The translations under genes were made by a program, and so were the position numbers. From the NCBI GenBank assembly GCA_965140585.1, contig OZ223270.1, positions 128,001 to 192,000 of the forward strand: a stretch of 64,000 nt of DNA, written 5' to 3'. The notes below the pieces were generated by a model. The model was not told the origin of the DNA, ran no database searches, and worked only from the letters and a program-made list of their open reading frames with translations. This document shows, piece by piece, positions 1 to 9,151 of the stretch (within the stretch, counting starts at the first letter, position 1; every line of letters begins with the position of its first letter). The DNA is from Spirochaetia bacterium. Its GTDB lineage: Bacteria; Spirochaetota; Spirochaetia; UBA9216.

Positions 1-661
1 TTGGAAAATATAAAATTTTCCAATCATTTCTCTTTAAGCGAAGACACATATCAACTTCTTCAGAATACAGGAAGAATCTTTCGTCAAAAATTTCACATCC
101 TATGGCCTCTCGACGAATTAAAGAAAAAGCACCTGGCACCCAGTCGCACTCAAATTCAACATTCTGGTCCATATATGTCATATCTGGTCTACCAAATATT
201 AAAGATTCTGGGTATTTAGATGACAGCCCACTTAATATAAAAAAATTATTGAAAACATTAGGAAAACTACGCGCAGAGGGTTGCCATTCATTTTTCGGTC
301 CGACCAATTTAGCACCTATCAAACCAATATCATCATTTTCTTTTATTTTTCTAAGAGAATTTTTAAGACCGTCACCTTTAATAAAAGCATCTGAATTTAA
401 AAGAAGGATATAATCACCTTGAGCCTCTTTATAGGCTAGGTTATTTGCGCCTGCAAATCCAATATTTTTACTGCTCTGTATGAGTTTTACATTTGGGAAT
501 TCAGCCTTAACCATCTCACTTGAATTATCACTTGAAAAATTATCAACAACTATAATTTCACATTTTAGTCCAAGTGAAACGCGTTGACAGTCTTTAATAC
601 ATCTCCTAAGCAATTCTTTAGTATTAAATGAAACAATAATAATTGATAATTCTAAATTCAT
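1..661 (-). CDS. Glycosyltransferase family 2 (WbbL-like), truncated by window edge
   Basis: Not in ORF track; manual translation from ATG at 661 (SD GAGG upstream): MNLELSIIIVSFNTKELLRRCI...EIIVVDNFSSDNS...NIGFAGANN...YILLLNSDAF. Confidence 0.9.
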   Translation of the reverse strand, partial: MNLELSIIIVSFNTKELLRRCIKDCQRVSLGLKCEIIVVDNFSSDNSSEMVKAEFPNVKLIQSSKNIGFAGANNLAYKEAQGDYILLLNSDAFIKGDGLKNSLRKIKENDDIGLIGAKLVGPKNEWQPSARSFPNVFNNFFILSGLSSKYPESLIFGRPDMTYMDQNVEFECDWVPGAFSLIRREAIGCEIFDERFFLYSEEVDMCLRLKRNDWKILYFP

Positions 662-767
662 ACTACCTCTCAACACAAATAAAACAGAAAAAATATAAGA
701 ATAAAAAGAGTTAAATCATTCTTACTCTTTATATATCCATGAATTAAACTTTAAAACCCTCTCACTT

Positions 768-2858
768 TTATTTAATTACATTTAACCACGATATATGTGG
801 TAATGTTTCACCATGTCTATAATGCCATACACCGTCTGAATAAATAAACCCATTATCTCGAAAAACATTTCTACAAGGCATGTTACGCTCTAACTCTATA
901 ATCTCACCTTTGATAGGTATAGAATCGCAAGCCATTTTTAGTTCAGTAAGCATAGCAGTTTCAATTTTGTATCCAAAAACACGACATGATAATACAAAAT
1001 AATCAATTGAATAAAATTCTTTATATTTAGTTGCTATAATACAACTTATTATACCAGCATAACCAAATTTATCATCATACTCACCTATAAGCATTATTGC
1101 TTCTTTTGAATTATACATTTCTCGTATTTCACTTTGTGATATCTTAACTCCGCGTGTATTAAATTGATTAGTCTTACTAATCAACTCTTCAACTCTTTTT
1201 AATTCTTTTAATTCAGGTCTTCGTATCTTTAGATTAATTTCCAATTTTTTAAATCTTTCTTCCATAGAAAAATCATCTTGACTAGAGGATTTGGATAAAA
1301 AATGTTCCCTTTTTGTCCGTTCCTGATACTGCCGTGTTTTATCAACTGAATTATTCGCATCCAGCATCTCATACCAGAGATTAAAACGCTCCCAAGTAAC
1401 CTCATCGTTTGGGTCAAGACAAAGCATTTCTGGATATATTTCATTAGCCATAGCTCTTTCATCACTTCTGTCATCAATAAAAACATAATCTTTTGTAGTA
1501 ATATTTAAATCTTCAACCATATTTTTAAAACCTTCTACTTTTGGCTGCCAACTAATCTGTTGATAAACAAAATCAGATTCTGATAAGCATCCGCCATTCC
1601 ATTTAACATTTTCGGGATCATTTTTTGAATTCACCGATAGAATAATCCCTCTACTTTTCAATTTAAGGAGTATATTTTGTCTCTCTGTATAATGCACCAC
1701 ATCACCCTCACCAATAACACCAGCCCAAAGAGTCTCATCTAAATCACATACCACCATTTTTTTGCCTTTTAAATAGATTGCTACAAAAATAATATCAATA
1801 TAATGATATGCAATAATTCTAGAAAAATATGCTGGGTGACTAAGTTTAGAGTAGTGTAGATAACGTCCAAGCTTAAACGAGGAGTATCCAGAAGACAACC
1901 TTAGTTCATCAACGATATATATATGTTTGAACGATTGCTCATTAAAATGTTTAATAGAATCTGATATCCAGGTATTTATTTTTACTTTTAAGTACTTGCT
2001 TACTTTTCCTAATAAGGTATTGTTTATGAATCTCTTTAAAGGGTTGTCGCCTCTAATTATATTAGCAGTATTATGAACAAAAATAGCACAATCAAATGTA
2101 TCGGCTAATAAACCAATAATCTTCTTGATATCAATCAAAGTAGTCGCTAGAATTGATTCTATTTCTTTTTTCTTAAATCTTAAAGAGCTAAGTTTTAAAA
2201 ATTGATAATAGTTAGGATCAAAAGAGTATGTTAATGGACTATAAAATACAAAATCAAATTTTTTATTTGATAATTCACTTAAAGAATTAAGTAATTCAAA
2301 ATGATTCTTTGATGTAGCATATGTGGGCCTTATAGTAACCCCTAGATCTTTTAGCTCAGGAACAGCGAAGGACACTATATCCATAAAAACACAGTCACCA
2401 ATAAATAAAACATCAATAACTTTTTCTGTCTTAGACATTATAACTGAATAAATTTCTTCGATAATTTCAAAAAATTTTTCATATTCTTTTTCATTAAGTT
2501 GATTTTTAGCTAATTTTTTAAAAATTAAAATGTCTTTTTCTAAATTATTTTTTTTATTAATTTCATAAATACTTTCATCTACAGATTTGTCATAAATAAG
2601 TTTGAGTTTTTCACCCACATACAGTGATATGTATACAGGATCCAAACTTTCAAAGTATTTTTTTAGATATATAGGGAATATCATATATTCGCGTTCGACA
2701 TACTCTTCAATCACATCATTACTAACCGCCTTTGCATGCTGCTCATTCCAGCGTGGTAGAACATTGGCATTTTGCGCGAGAAGATTTGCAATTTCTGTTT
2801 TATTATGTTGAACAAATCGTTTTATGCGAGTTGAATGTTTCATTTTTATTTTTTCCAT
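768..2858 (-). CDS. FkbH-like HAD-IIIC glyceryl transferase/phosphatase with long N-terminal extension
   Basis: VCDLDETLWAGVIGEG (HAD motif I), SKND, FIDD, KTNQFN, VLSCRV; extra ~360 aa N-terminus with SGNH-like LFIGDC. Confidence 0.85.
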   Translation of the reverse strand: MEKIKMKHSTRIKRFVQHNKTEIANLLAQNANVLPRWNEQHAKAVSNDVIEEYVEREYMIFPIYLKKYFESLDPVYISLYVGEKLKLIYDKSVDESIYEINKKNNLEKDILIFKKLAKNQLNEKEYEKFFEIIEEIYSVIMSKTEKVIDVLFIGDCVFMDIVSFAVPELKDLGVTIRPTYATSKNHFELLNSLSELSNKKFDFVFYSPLTYSFDPNYYQFLKLSSLRFKKKEIESILATTLIDIKKIIGLLADTFDCAIFVHNTANIIRGDNPLKRFINNTLLGKVSKYLKVKINTWISDSIKHFNEQSFKHIYIVDELRLSSGYSSFKLGRYLHYSKLSHPAYFSRIIAYHYIDIIFVAIYLKGKKMVVCDLDETLWAGVIGEGDVVHYTERQNILLKLKSRGIILSVNSKNDPENVKWNGGCLSESDFVYQQISWQPKVEGFKNMVEDLNITTKDYVFIDDRSDERAMANEIYPEMLCLDPNDEVTWERFNLWYEMLDANNSVDKTRQYQERTKREHFLSKSSSQDDFSMEERFKKLEINLKIRRPELKELKRVEELISKTNQFNTRGVKISQSEIREMYNSKEAIMLIGEYDDKFGYAGIISCIIATKYKEFYSIDYFVLSCRVFGYKIETAMLTELKMACDSIPIKGEIIELERNMPCRNVFRDNGFIYSDGVWHYRHGETLPHISWLNVIK

Positions 2859-3026
2859 GTATATGATATTTCATAAGTGATTCTCGCTTATCATATTCTA
2901 TTCAATTTTCAAACATGACAAGACAATGTAAACTTAGAATAATTTTCTCCAAGAAAATATACTAAGAACTCAATTTGAACAATCTCAATCGACTTTACTC
3001 TCTTATTTTGGCAGATTCAATTGCCT

Positions 3027-4154
3027 TTAAAATCTGAGAACTTCTTCTTTTTCAACTTTTTCCCATGTGTAATTTTGCGCTTGTTCCTTTGCATTTTTTG
3101 AAAAAAGATTACGCAATTCTATATTATCTACCATTTCCTTTAACGCAGAAATCCAATCATTTTTATTTAAAGGATCTAATATATATCCATCAACTCTATC
3201 TCGAACAATCCCCGCTGATCCCATCGATGTAGCTAAAACAGCTAACCCTCGAGACATAGCTTCATAGGTCACAAGAGGACTGCCTTCTTCAAGAGAGGGC
3301 ATCAAAAAGACGTCACATTCTGAATAAATTTTTCCAATATCATTTACAAAATCCAGGTATTCAACATCTTCTCTTTTAAAAAAGTGTTCACATAGTTCCT
3401 TTACATAACCATCTTCAATATCTCCGGCTATTACCAAGCTAGCATCCACACCAGATTCATTCCATGCATCAAAAAGCAAAGGAATTCCTTTTCGCAAGCA
3501 TACAAAACCGACAAATAAGAATTTTATCTTTTTTTTTCTCTTAATGAAATTCTCATTTTTTAATCGAGCACTTGACCAACCATAACTTGAATCTAATATT
3601 TTACATTCAGGTACTCCAGATTCTATTAATGATTTCCTAACATCTGGAGAAGGTGAAAATATAAAATCAGCTAATTCTTTTTCACTTCTTTCTTGCTTGA
3701 TACATTCTTCTGATATCCCATGAGTTACTGGAAGATTTAGTCGCTTGTATTCTTTCGCAAGTAATTTAGAGGCATATGCTGTATGTGTATTAATATTTTC
3801 AGATACTATAATGCATCCAATATCTTTTATTTTCCTAATAGTCTTTGTGCTTACTCCAGGCCATAAGTATACAATATCATCCTTATCCAACTTCTTCAGA
3901 AAAATATGCTCTGTAATCTTATTAAGTGTTTCAGTTTTGAAAAACTTATAGGCAATTCTTTTCAAAATTCCATTTAAAGCACTGTGATAAAATTCATGAT
4001 TTACTGAATCATCTGAAGCAGTCCCCAAAACGCTTACATTAAAAACATCGTTATTTATTCCTTCAGCGATCGATAAACACGTATACCCTGGTCCTCTTTC
4101 ACGAAAATAAAGCGGGAAGATTATCTTCAAATTCATTAAATGAGCTCCTTTCAC
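3027..4154 (-). CDS. Glycosyltransferase family 4
   Basis: FVGFVCLRKG and PSLEEGSPLVTYEAM (EX7E) motifs. Confidence 0.9.
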   Translation of the reverse strand: MKGAHLMNLKIIFPLYFRERGPGYTCLSIAEGINNDVFNVSVLGTASDDSVNHEFYHSALNGILKRIAYKFFKTETLNKITEHIFLKKLDKDDIVYLWPGVSTKTIRKIKDIGCIIVSENINTHTAYASKLLAKEYKRLNLPVTHGISEECIKQERSEKELADFIFSPSPDVRKSLIESGVPECKILDSSYGWSSARLKNENFIKRKKKIKFLFVGFVCLRKGIPLLFDAWNESGVDASLVIAGDIEDGYVKELCEHFFKREDVEYLDFVNDIGKIYSECDVFLMPSLEEGSPLVTYEAMSRGLAVLATSMGSAGIVRDRVDGYILDPLNKNDWISALKEMVDNIELRNLFSKNAKEQAQNYTWEKVEKEEVLRF

Positions 4155-4171
4155 ATTACAATTTTAATTGA

Positions 4172-5092
4172 TTAAAAAATTCTATCTTCTTTAATCTTCC
4201 AAGGTTTTTGAAAGAATAAAAAGTAAAAAAAACCAAAATCAACCTTAACAACTTTTAATATATTATAAATCAATTTCATGATCGAGAGAGGTTTGAGTGA
4301 TAAATGATAACTACAATTATAATACCAGTATCGAAATCGATGCCTAATGAGTCTTTCCTTTATTAAATTTTTAACCTCTATCTGCTTACTGAAATCTTCT
4401 TTTAATAACTTATGTATCAATATAACTCCAAATTTATAAACCTTTAATCCGCTTTTTGTAATCGAATTTTCTACAGGTCTGTAAATCGCATGACCACCTT
4501 CAGTTCTAACAACTTTTCCACCATTTAAAACTATACTTATCCGGAGACTGGAATCAGCAAAGGCTTTCATCGTTTCATCAAATCCACCATATTTTTTAAC
4601 AGTTGTAGCTCTGTACATTTCACAAGCAGGAAAAGGTGGGGCTTTCAGAAGGAATAGTTCTATGGGAGTTGACGGCGTATCTGGCCAGTTAGATTTAGAA
4701 AGGTCAGATAGTGAGCCATTTTCCTTCACATAAAGATTATCCGAACAGCAAATATCTATTACTGGCCACTTTTTAAAAGTATCTATCTGCTTTTCTATAA
4801 GATCATTTGAAATCCAATCATCAGAGTCAAGAAAAATTAGAAATTCACCTGAGGCATGGTTAATTCCATTATTTCGAGCAGAACTCACTCCAGAATTATC
4901 TTGATAAATATACTTGACATCTTCTCCATAACTTTTAACAACTTCTGCAGAACGATCTTGAGAACCATCATCAATTACGATTATTTCAATATTGTCATAA
5001 GTTTGTGTTAACACACTGTCAATGGCATCTTTTATATAACGCTCCCTATTATAACAAGGGATTATGACGCTTACTAAAACACTTTCTTCCAT
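4172..5092 (-). CDS. Glycosyltransferase family 2
   Basis: VSVIIPCYN, IDDGSQD, GVSSARN, FLDSDD. Confidence 0.92.
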   Translation of the reverse strand: MEESVLVSVIIPCYNRERYIKDAIDSVLTQTYDNIEIIVIDDGSQDRSAEVVKSYGEDVKYIYQDNSGVSSARNNGINHASGEFLIFLDSDDWISNDLIEKQIDTFKKWPVIDICCSDNLYVKENGSLSDLSKSNWPDTPSTPIELFLLKAPPFPACEMYRATTVKKYGGFDETMKAFADSSLRISIVLNGGKVVRTEGGHAIYRPVENSITKSGLKVYKFGVILIHKLLKEDFSKQIEVKNLIKERLIRHRFRYWYYNCSYHLSLKPLSIMKLIYNILKVVKVDFGFFYFLFFQKPWKIKEDRIF

Positions 5093-5312
5093 AAATAAAT
5101 CATCTCCATTTTTTTGCTTAGGCAGCCTTCAACTCTTATCTTACAATATTTTCCAAAGAATTTAATTCCTGTTTAAAAAGATTTCAACAAATTAATCCTT
5201 TTTATCGATACTTCTATTGAGGTTTATTCTATTTTTTAGGATTGTATAACTTAAAATTAGTTTTAATTGAAAAAACTTTTTATAATATCATTTTAATTAA
5301 ATTTTCAAACTT

Positions 5313-7088
5313 TTAGTATATTACCTTTATCCCACTAGGCTTTACACTCTGTCGACCACTCCAAAAATTATATTCTATAGCCCCAATATCCGGTAGACTA
5401 TCTCGTAATTTTCCTAAAGCGTCTACAGGAAAATAATTAAGAGGCAAACGATCTACTAAAGGAGAAGTATCACTTTTAGGCATTCCAATATATTTTATAT
5501 CATCAGTAGAAGTGATAATTTCAGGATCCCCTATAGATTGAGAAACATCAGGATCAGAGTCTGGCGATTTAGCTCTATAGTGAGGGCGTTTATCACTACC
5601 AATCCCCTCTCCAGTAACTGCGGAATACTGAAAATGATTATTAAGAAATACATTCCCTTCACTATTTCCAGGCAGAGTCCAATCAGGATCTACATAATCA
5701 GATTCACTAAAATCAAGCCACTCATCAAACAAACAACCAATCATAGAGGAATTAGTCCATCCGCTACCCATATAATAAAACCAACCACCAAGGAAAGTAC
5801 AGTTCCACAAAAGAACATGATCCCAGTTCCCTACCATCCCTCCAGCATCAAGAATTATCTTTTGAGTCGAATTGTCAAAGTCATAACGTCCAGGACCGCG
5901 CATCTCAATCAGAACATTTACAAATGCAATATTAGTATTACTAGTATGGTCAATATTATTATCTATATAAAAGCCTTGATAATGGCAATTTGTCGCATGA
6001 AGTCCATAGATGATAAAGTTATCTTTATCATATCTCCACATTTGGTATACATCAGCATGGTTGTATGTGTCTTCTGGATCAATGTCATCAACTGTGCAGT
6101 TGATAACACACTCAACATTCTGAAAAGCATCATTTGCTATGTGCTCAATATCACATCCACGGCAAAAATATGCTTCACGAAAAGCCATATCGACATTATA
6201 GACATAGCAGTCTGTGAACCAGCAAGGGTAATCACTTCTAGAAACACCGTCACGTCTTATTGGGCTACTATCTGTAACTGTCCGATTAAAACCGATTATA
6301 TCTACATTATCACACCATAGGTTTGAAGGACTATGCCATGTAATTCTATTTTTTGTTACTTTGTTTGAAATAGTCAAATCCTTAAAACACCCCCAAGTGG
6401 TACCATGGGCAGTACCACCAGTATCAATTATAACATTCTCTTTAGACGCTCCAGGTGCTTTTGTAAAATAAATCCACTCATCAACAGTTAATGTCGAATA
6501 AGTATAGGAAGTACCTAAAGTCCACGCCCCCTCTTCAAGATATATTTTAGCTCCATCACATTTTGATTCATTTGACAATGCCTGAACAGCATTTATTGCT
6601 GCTAAAATTGTTTCAAACGGACGCTCGGGGTTCCCAACTAACCCGGTAGAATCATTACCATTATGATTATCACACCAGACTTCATATGCCTCTAATGTCC
6701 CAGCACCATCTACTATCAATATTAAGGGGTCTAATTCTTTTACACCACCATCCTTTCCTGTAACAGTAGCGACAATCGAAATTTTCCCACTACCAGTAAA
6801 ATCTGACGGATCTAAAGTAATAAAATATTCCCAAACATCTGTTCTTGTATTCAATTCCATTGAAAATACTTTTTGTGTTGATGGACCCGCATATCCTTGC
6901 CCACTCACATCGAAGGAAACATCTAAAACTCCAGCTTTGGAAAAGGCAACAACTCCAGCGTCAAAGTTTTTTTCGATACGTTGATGCGGAACAACATCCC
7001 ATCGCGCTATTGGAATTACTGCAAAAATAAACATCGGTAAGATGAATAGATTCAAAAATATAAAAATTGATTTCCTTGATATAGCCAT
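5313..7088 (-). CDS. Secreted pectin-lyase-fold (beta-helix) protein, putative polysaccharide lyase/hydrolase
   Basis: Signal-like N-terminus; GNDSTG...PFETILAAI; Asn/Asp-rich short strands; HADVYQ; C-terminal PDIGAIEY. Confidence 0.6.
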   Translation of the reverse strand: MAISRKSIFIFLNLFILPMFIFAVIPIARWDVVPHQRIEKNFDAGVVAFSKAGVLDVSFDVSGQGYAGPSTQKVFSMELNTRTDVWEYFITLDPSDFTGSGKISIVATVTGKDGGVKELDPLILIVDGAGTLEAYEVWCDNHNGNDSTGLVGNPERPFETILAAINAVQALSNESKCDGAKIYLEEGAWTLGTSYTYSTLTVDEWIYFTKAPGASKENVIIDTGGTAHGTTWGCFKDLTISNKVTKNRITWHSPSNLWCDNVDIIGFNRTVTDSSPIRRDGVSRSDYPCWFTDCYVYNVDMAFREAYFCRGCDIEHIANDAFQNVECVINCTVDDIDPEDTYNHADVYQMWRYDKDNFIIYGLHATNCHYQGFYIDNNIDHTSNTNIAFVNVLIEMRGPGRYDFDNSTQKIILDAGGMVGNWDHVLLWNCTFLGGWFYYMGSGWTNSSMIGCLFDEWLDFSESDYVDPDWTLPGNSEGNVFLNNHFQYSAVTGEGIGSDKRPHYRAKSPDSDPDVSQSIGDPEIITSTDDIKYIGMPKSDTSPLVDRLPLNYFPVDALGKLRDSLPDIGAIEYNFWSGRQSVKPSGIKVIY

Positions 7089-7339
7089 GTCTCTCCCTCC
7101 GAATAGTATTATTTAATATCGATGACCTTGTCAAAGGAAGCAAAATATATGCCAACACTACACAAAACATCAACACTTATAACTACTTATAATTTAACAA
7201 GATACATTTTTTTCATTTTATTAATAGTTATTAAAATGGTACTCTTTTCATTTCAAAACGGTAAATAAGTTTCAAATTTGTAATTAAGGAAAATTTAACT
7301 AAATACTAAGTCTATATAATTAGAATATGATTTTAAAGT

Positions 7340-7948
7340 CTATTTATCTTTAAAAAAGTAACGAACTCGCTGCTTTACCAACTCATCTTCTAAGGAGTAG
7401 TAATCTTCCTCATCATTCCGTTTAGAAATAAGATCGTACCAAGGATATTGAAGAGTTTGATTTTCTATTTTTGAAATATAATCATTAGTTTTACCAATGA
7501 ATTTCGCAGGTACTCCGCCAACGATAGTACCACTTTCTACATTTTCATTTACGACGGCCCCTGCGGCAACAATACAGTTGTCCCCAATTGTTACATCCGG
7601 TAGAATAATCGCTCCTTGTCCAATAAAACAATTATTACCGATAATTATCGGACCAACCTTATCAAGAATCTTTCCTGTCGACACTGCAAAAACAGCAACA
7701 GAAGCATCATGTCCTATCAGACTGCAATTGGATAAACAGCAATTATTCCCAATTGAAAAATATTTTGGATCTGTAAAGATCGCACCTCTATTAATTACAG
7801 TTCCCTCACCTAAATGATACAAAAATCCTCTAGCCCTGATGTAATCTGCATATTCAGCATTGCCCGGATTATTAATCTTTAGATATAACCTAGTTAATTT
7901 GCCCTTTTTAAAAGCAAAATATTTTAATAAACTCTTAATCAAACCCAT
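7340..7948 (-). CDS. Hexapeptide-repeat (left-handed beta-helix) O-acyltransferase
   Basis: IGNNCFIGQGAIILPDVTIGDNCIVAAGAVV...GGVPAK. Confidence 0.9.
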   Translation of the reverse strand: MGLIKSLLKYFAFKKGKLTRLYLKINNPGNAEYADYIRARGFLYHLGEGTVINRGAIFTDPKYFSIGNNCCLSNCSLIGHDASVAVFAVSTGKILDKVGPIIIGNNCFIGQGAIILPDVTIGDNCIVAAGAVVNENVESGTIVGGVPAKFIGKTNDYISKIENQTLQYPWYDLISKRNDEEDYYSLEDELVKQRVRYFFKDK

Positions 7949-7989
7949 TAAAATTCTCCAATTTACAAGTATACACGCCTATACTTCAA

Positions 7990-9129
7990 CTATATAGTAA
8001 AGGTACAAATAACTTTATCTATTTTACATTTAGAATAAATCAACAACCTATCTTCAAGATATTTAATTCTTAGTAATTCAATAACTGAACAAACTGTAAA
8101 AACTATTACGATACTAAATACCGCCAACAAAGGGTAGAAATGGGAATTATACTGACTTATTACAGATAAAATTTTATTCCAAATTAATGCTCGTAATATT
8201 TCTGAATCATGTATTAAATATACGCCAAACGTAGTGGCTGAGAACAAATTTATTACTCTATTATTTTCAATCTGAATGCTTTTAAAAATTAAAAATATAG
8301 AAACAGCTATAATTGGCTTAAACACACTCTCAGCTACTAAATTTGTCAGCTCATGAATCACACTCCATGTTGCATTAAACTCTGTAAATCTTACATTAAA
8401 AAATAACTGTAAACCTAAACAAATCCAGAGAATAAGACTTACAACAAATGGTACCATTGTTGACTTTAGGTCACGTCCATAATAACGTAAATACCCCCCT
8501 AAAGAGTAGTAAAAAACTGCTTTTTGTAAAATAAAAAATGAAGTATTAAGCTTAGCCGCAAAAGTATACCAAAAAACCCAAAGAACTAAAATTATAAAAA
8601 TAAATCCTTTCCTATTCAGTCTACATAATAATGTGTTTAATAAAGGTGTTATTAAATACAATGTAAAATAAGCAGTAACAAACCACCAGGAACCGCCTAA
8701 TACAGGCATTGTACTACGAAGAATATATCGGGCGGTAAATCCTGAAACCAGCCCATTATCACCTAAATATTCAGGATAATTATATATTTTTAAAATATAT
8801 GTAAGAAAGAATATTACTAAGGAAAACACTGAGTAATATAAAACCTGTAACAGCATTCTTAATATTTTGATTGATTTTACATTACTTTTTATTTGGAAGT
8901 ACCCAGTAAGAATAAAAAAGATTGCTACACCGATCTCACCTCCTGGAATCAGAAATGATGTGAATAACACTTTAAAATCAGAACCTTCAAGCCATAATCC
9001 ACAAGTGGGCATCCCACCCCAATGAGATTGTTTAATCCCATGAACAGCATAATGACAAGCTACTATACACAACATTGAAAAGATTCTTAACAATTCAAGA
9101 TTTGAGTTACGTTTAAAACTGTTACTCAT
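7990..9129 (-). CDS. Acyltransferase family 3 (membrane O-acyltransferase)
   Basis: RNSNLELLRIFSMLCIVACH, FFILTGYF, WWFVTAY, FGVYLIH; polytopic membrane protein. Confidence 0.88.
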   Translation of the reverse strand: MSNSFKRNSNLELLRIFSMLCIVACHYAVHGIKQSHWGGMPTCGLWLEGSDFKVLFTSFLIPGGEIGVAIFFILTGYFQIKSNVKSIKILRMLLQVLYYSVFSLVIFFLTYILKIYNYPEYLGDNGLVSGFTARYILRSTMPVLGGSWWFVTAYFTLYLITPLLNTLLCRLNRKGFIFIILVLWVFWYTFAAKLNTSFFILQKAVFYYSLGGYLRYYGRDLKSTMVPFVVSLILWICLGLQLFFNVRFTEFNATWSVIHELTNLVAESVFKPIIAVSIFLIFKSIQIENNRVINLFSATTFGVYLIHDSEILRALIWNKILSVISQYNSHFYPLLAVFSIVIVFTVCSVIELLRIKYLEDRLLIYSKCKIDKVICTFTI

Positions 9130-9151
9130 ACAGATTACCTACTTGTTTATT

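Noticed and set aside
2860-2960. Possible fourth three-hairpin element (ATGTAAA followed by a stem)
   Set aside because: Lacks ACCTT, the GAA/TTC stem ends and an adjacent HP1
5538-6320. 260-aa antisense ORF
   Set aside because: Shadow of the beta-helix gene; no motifs or SD
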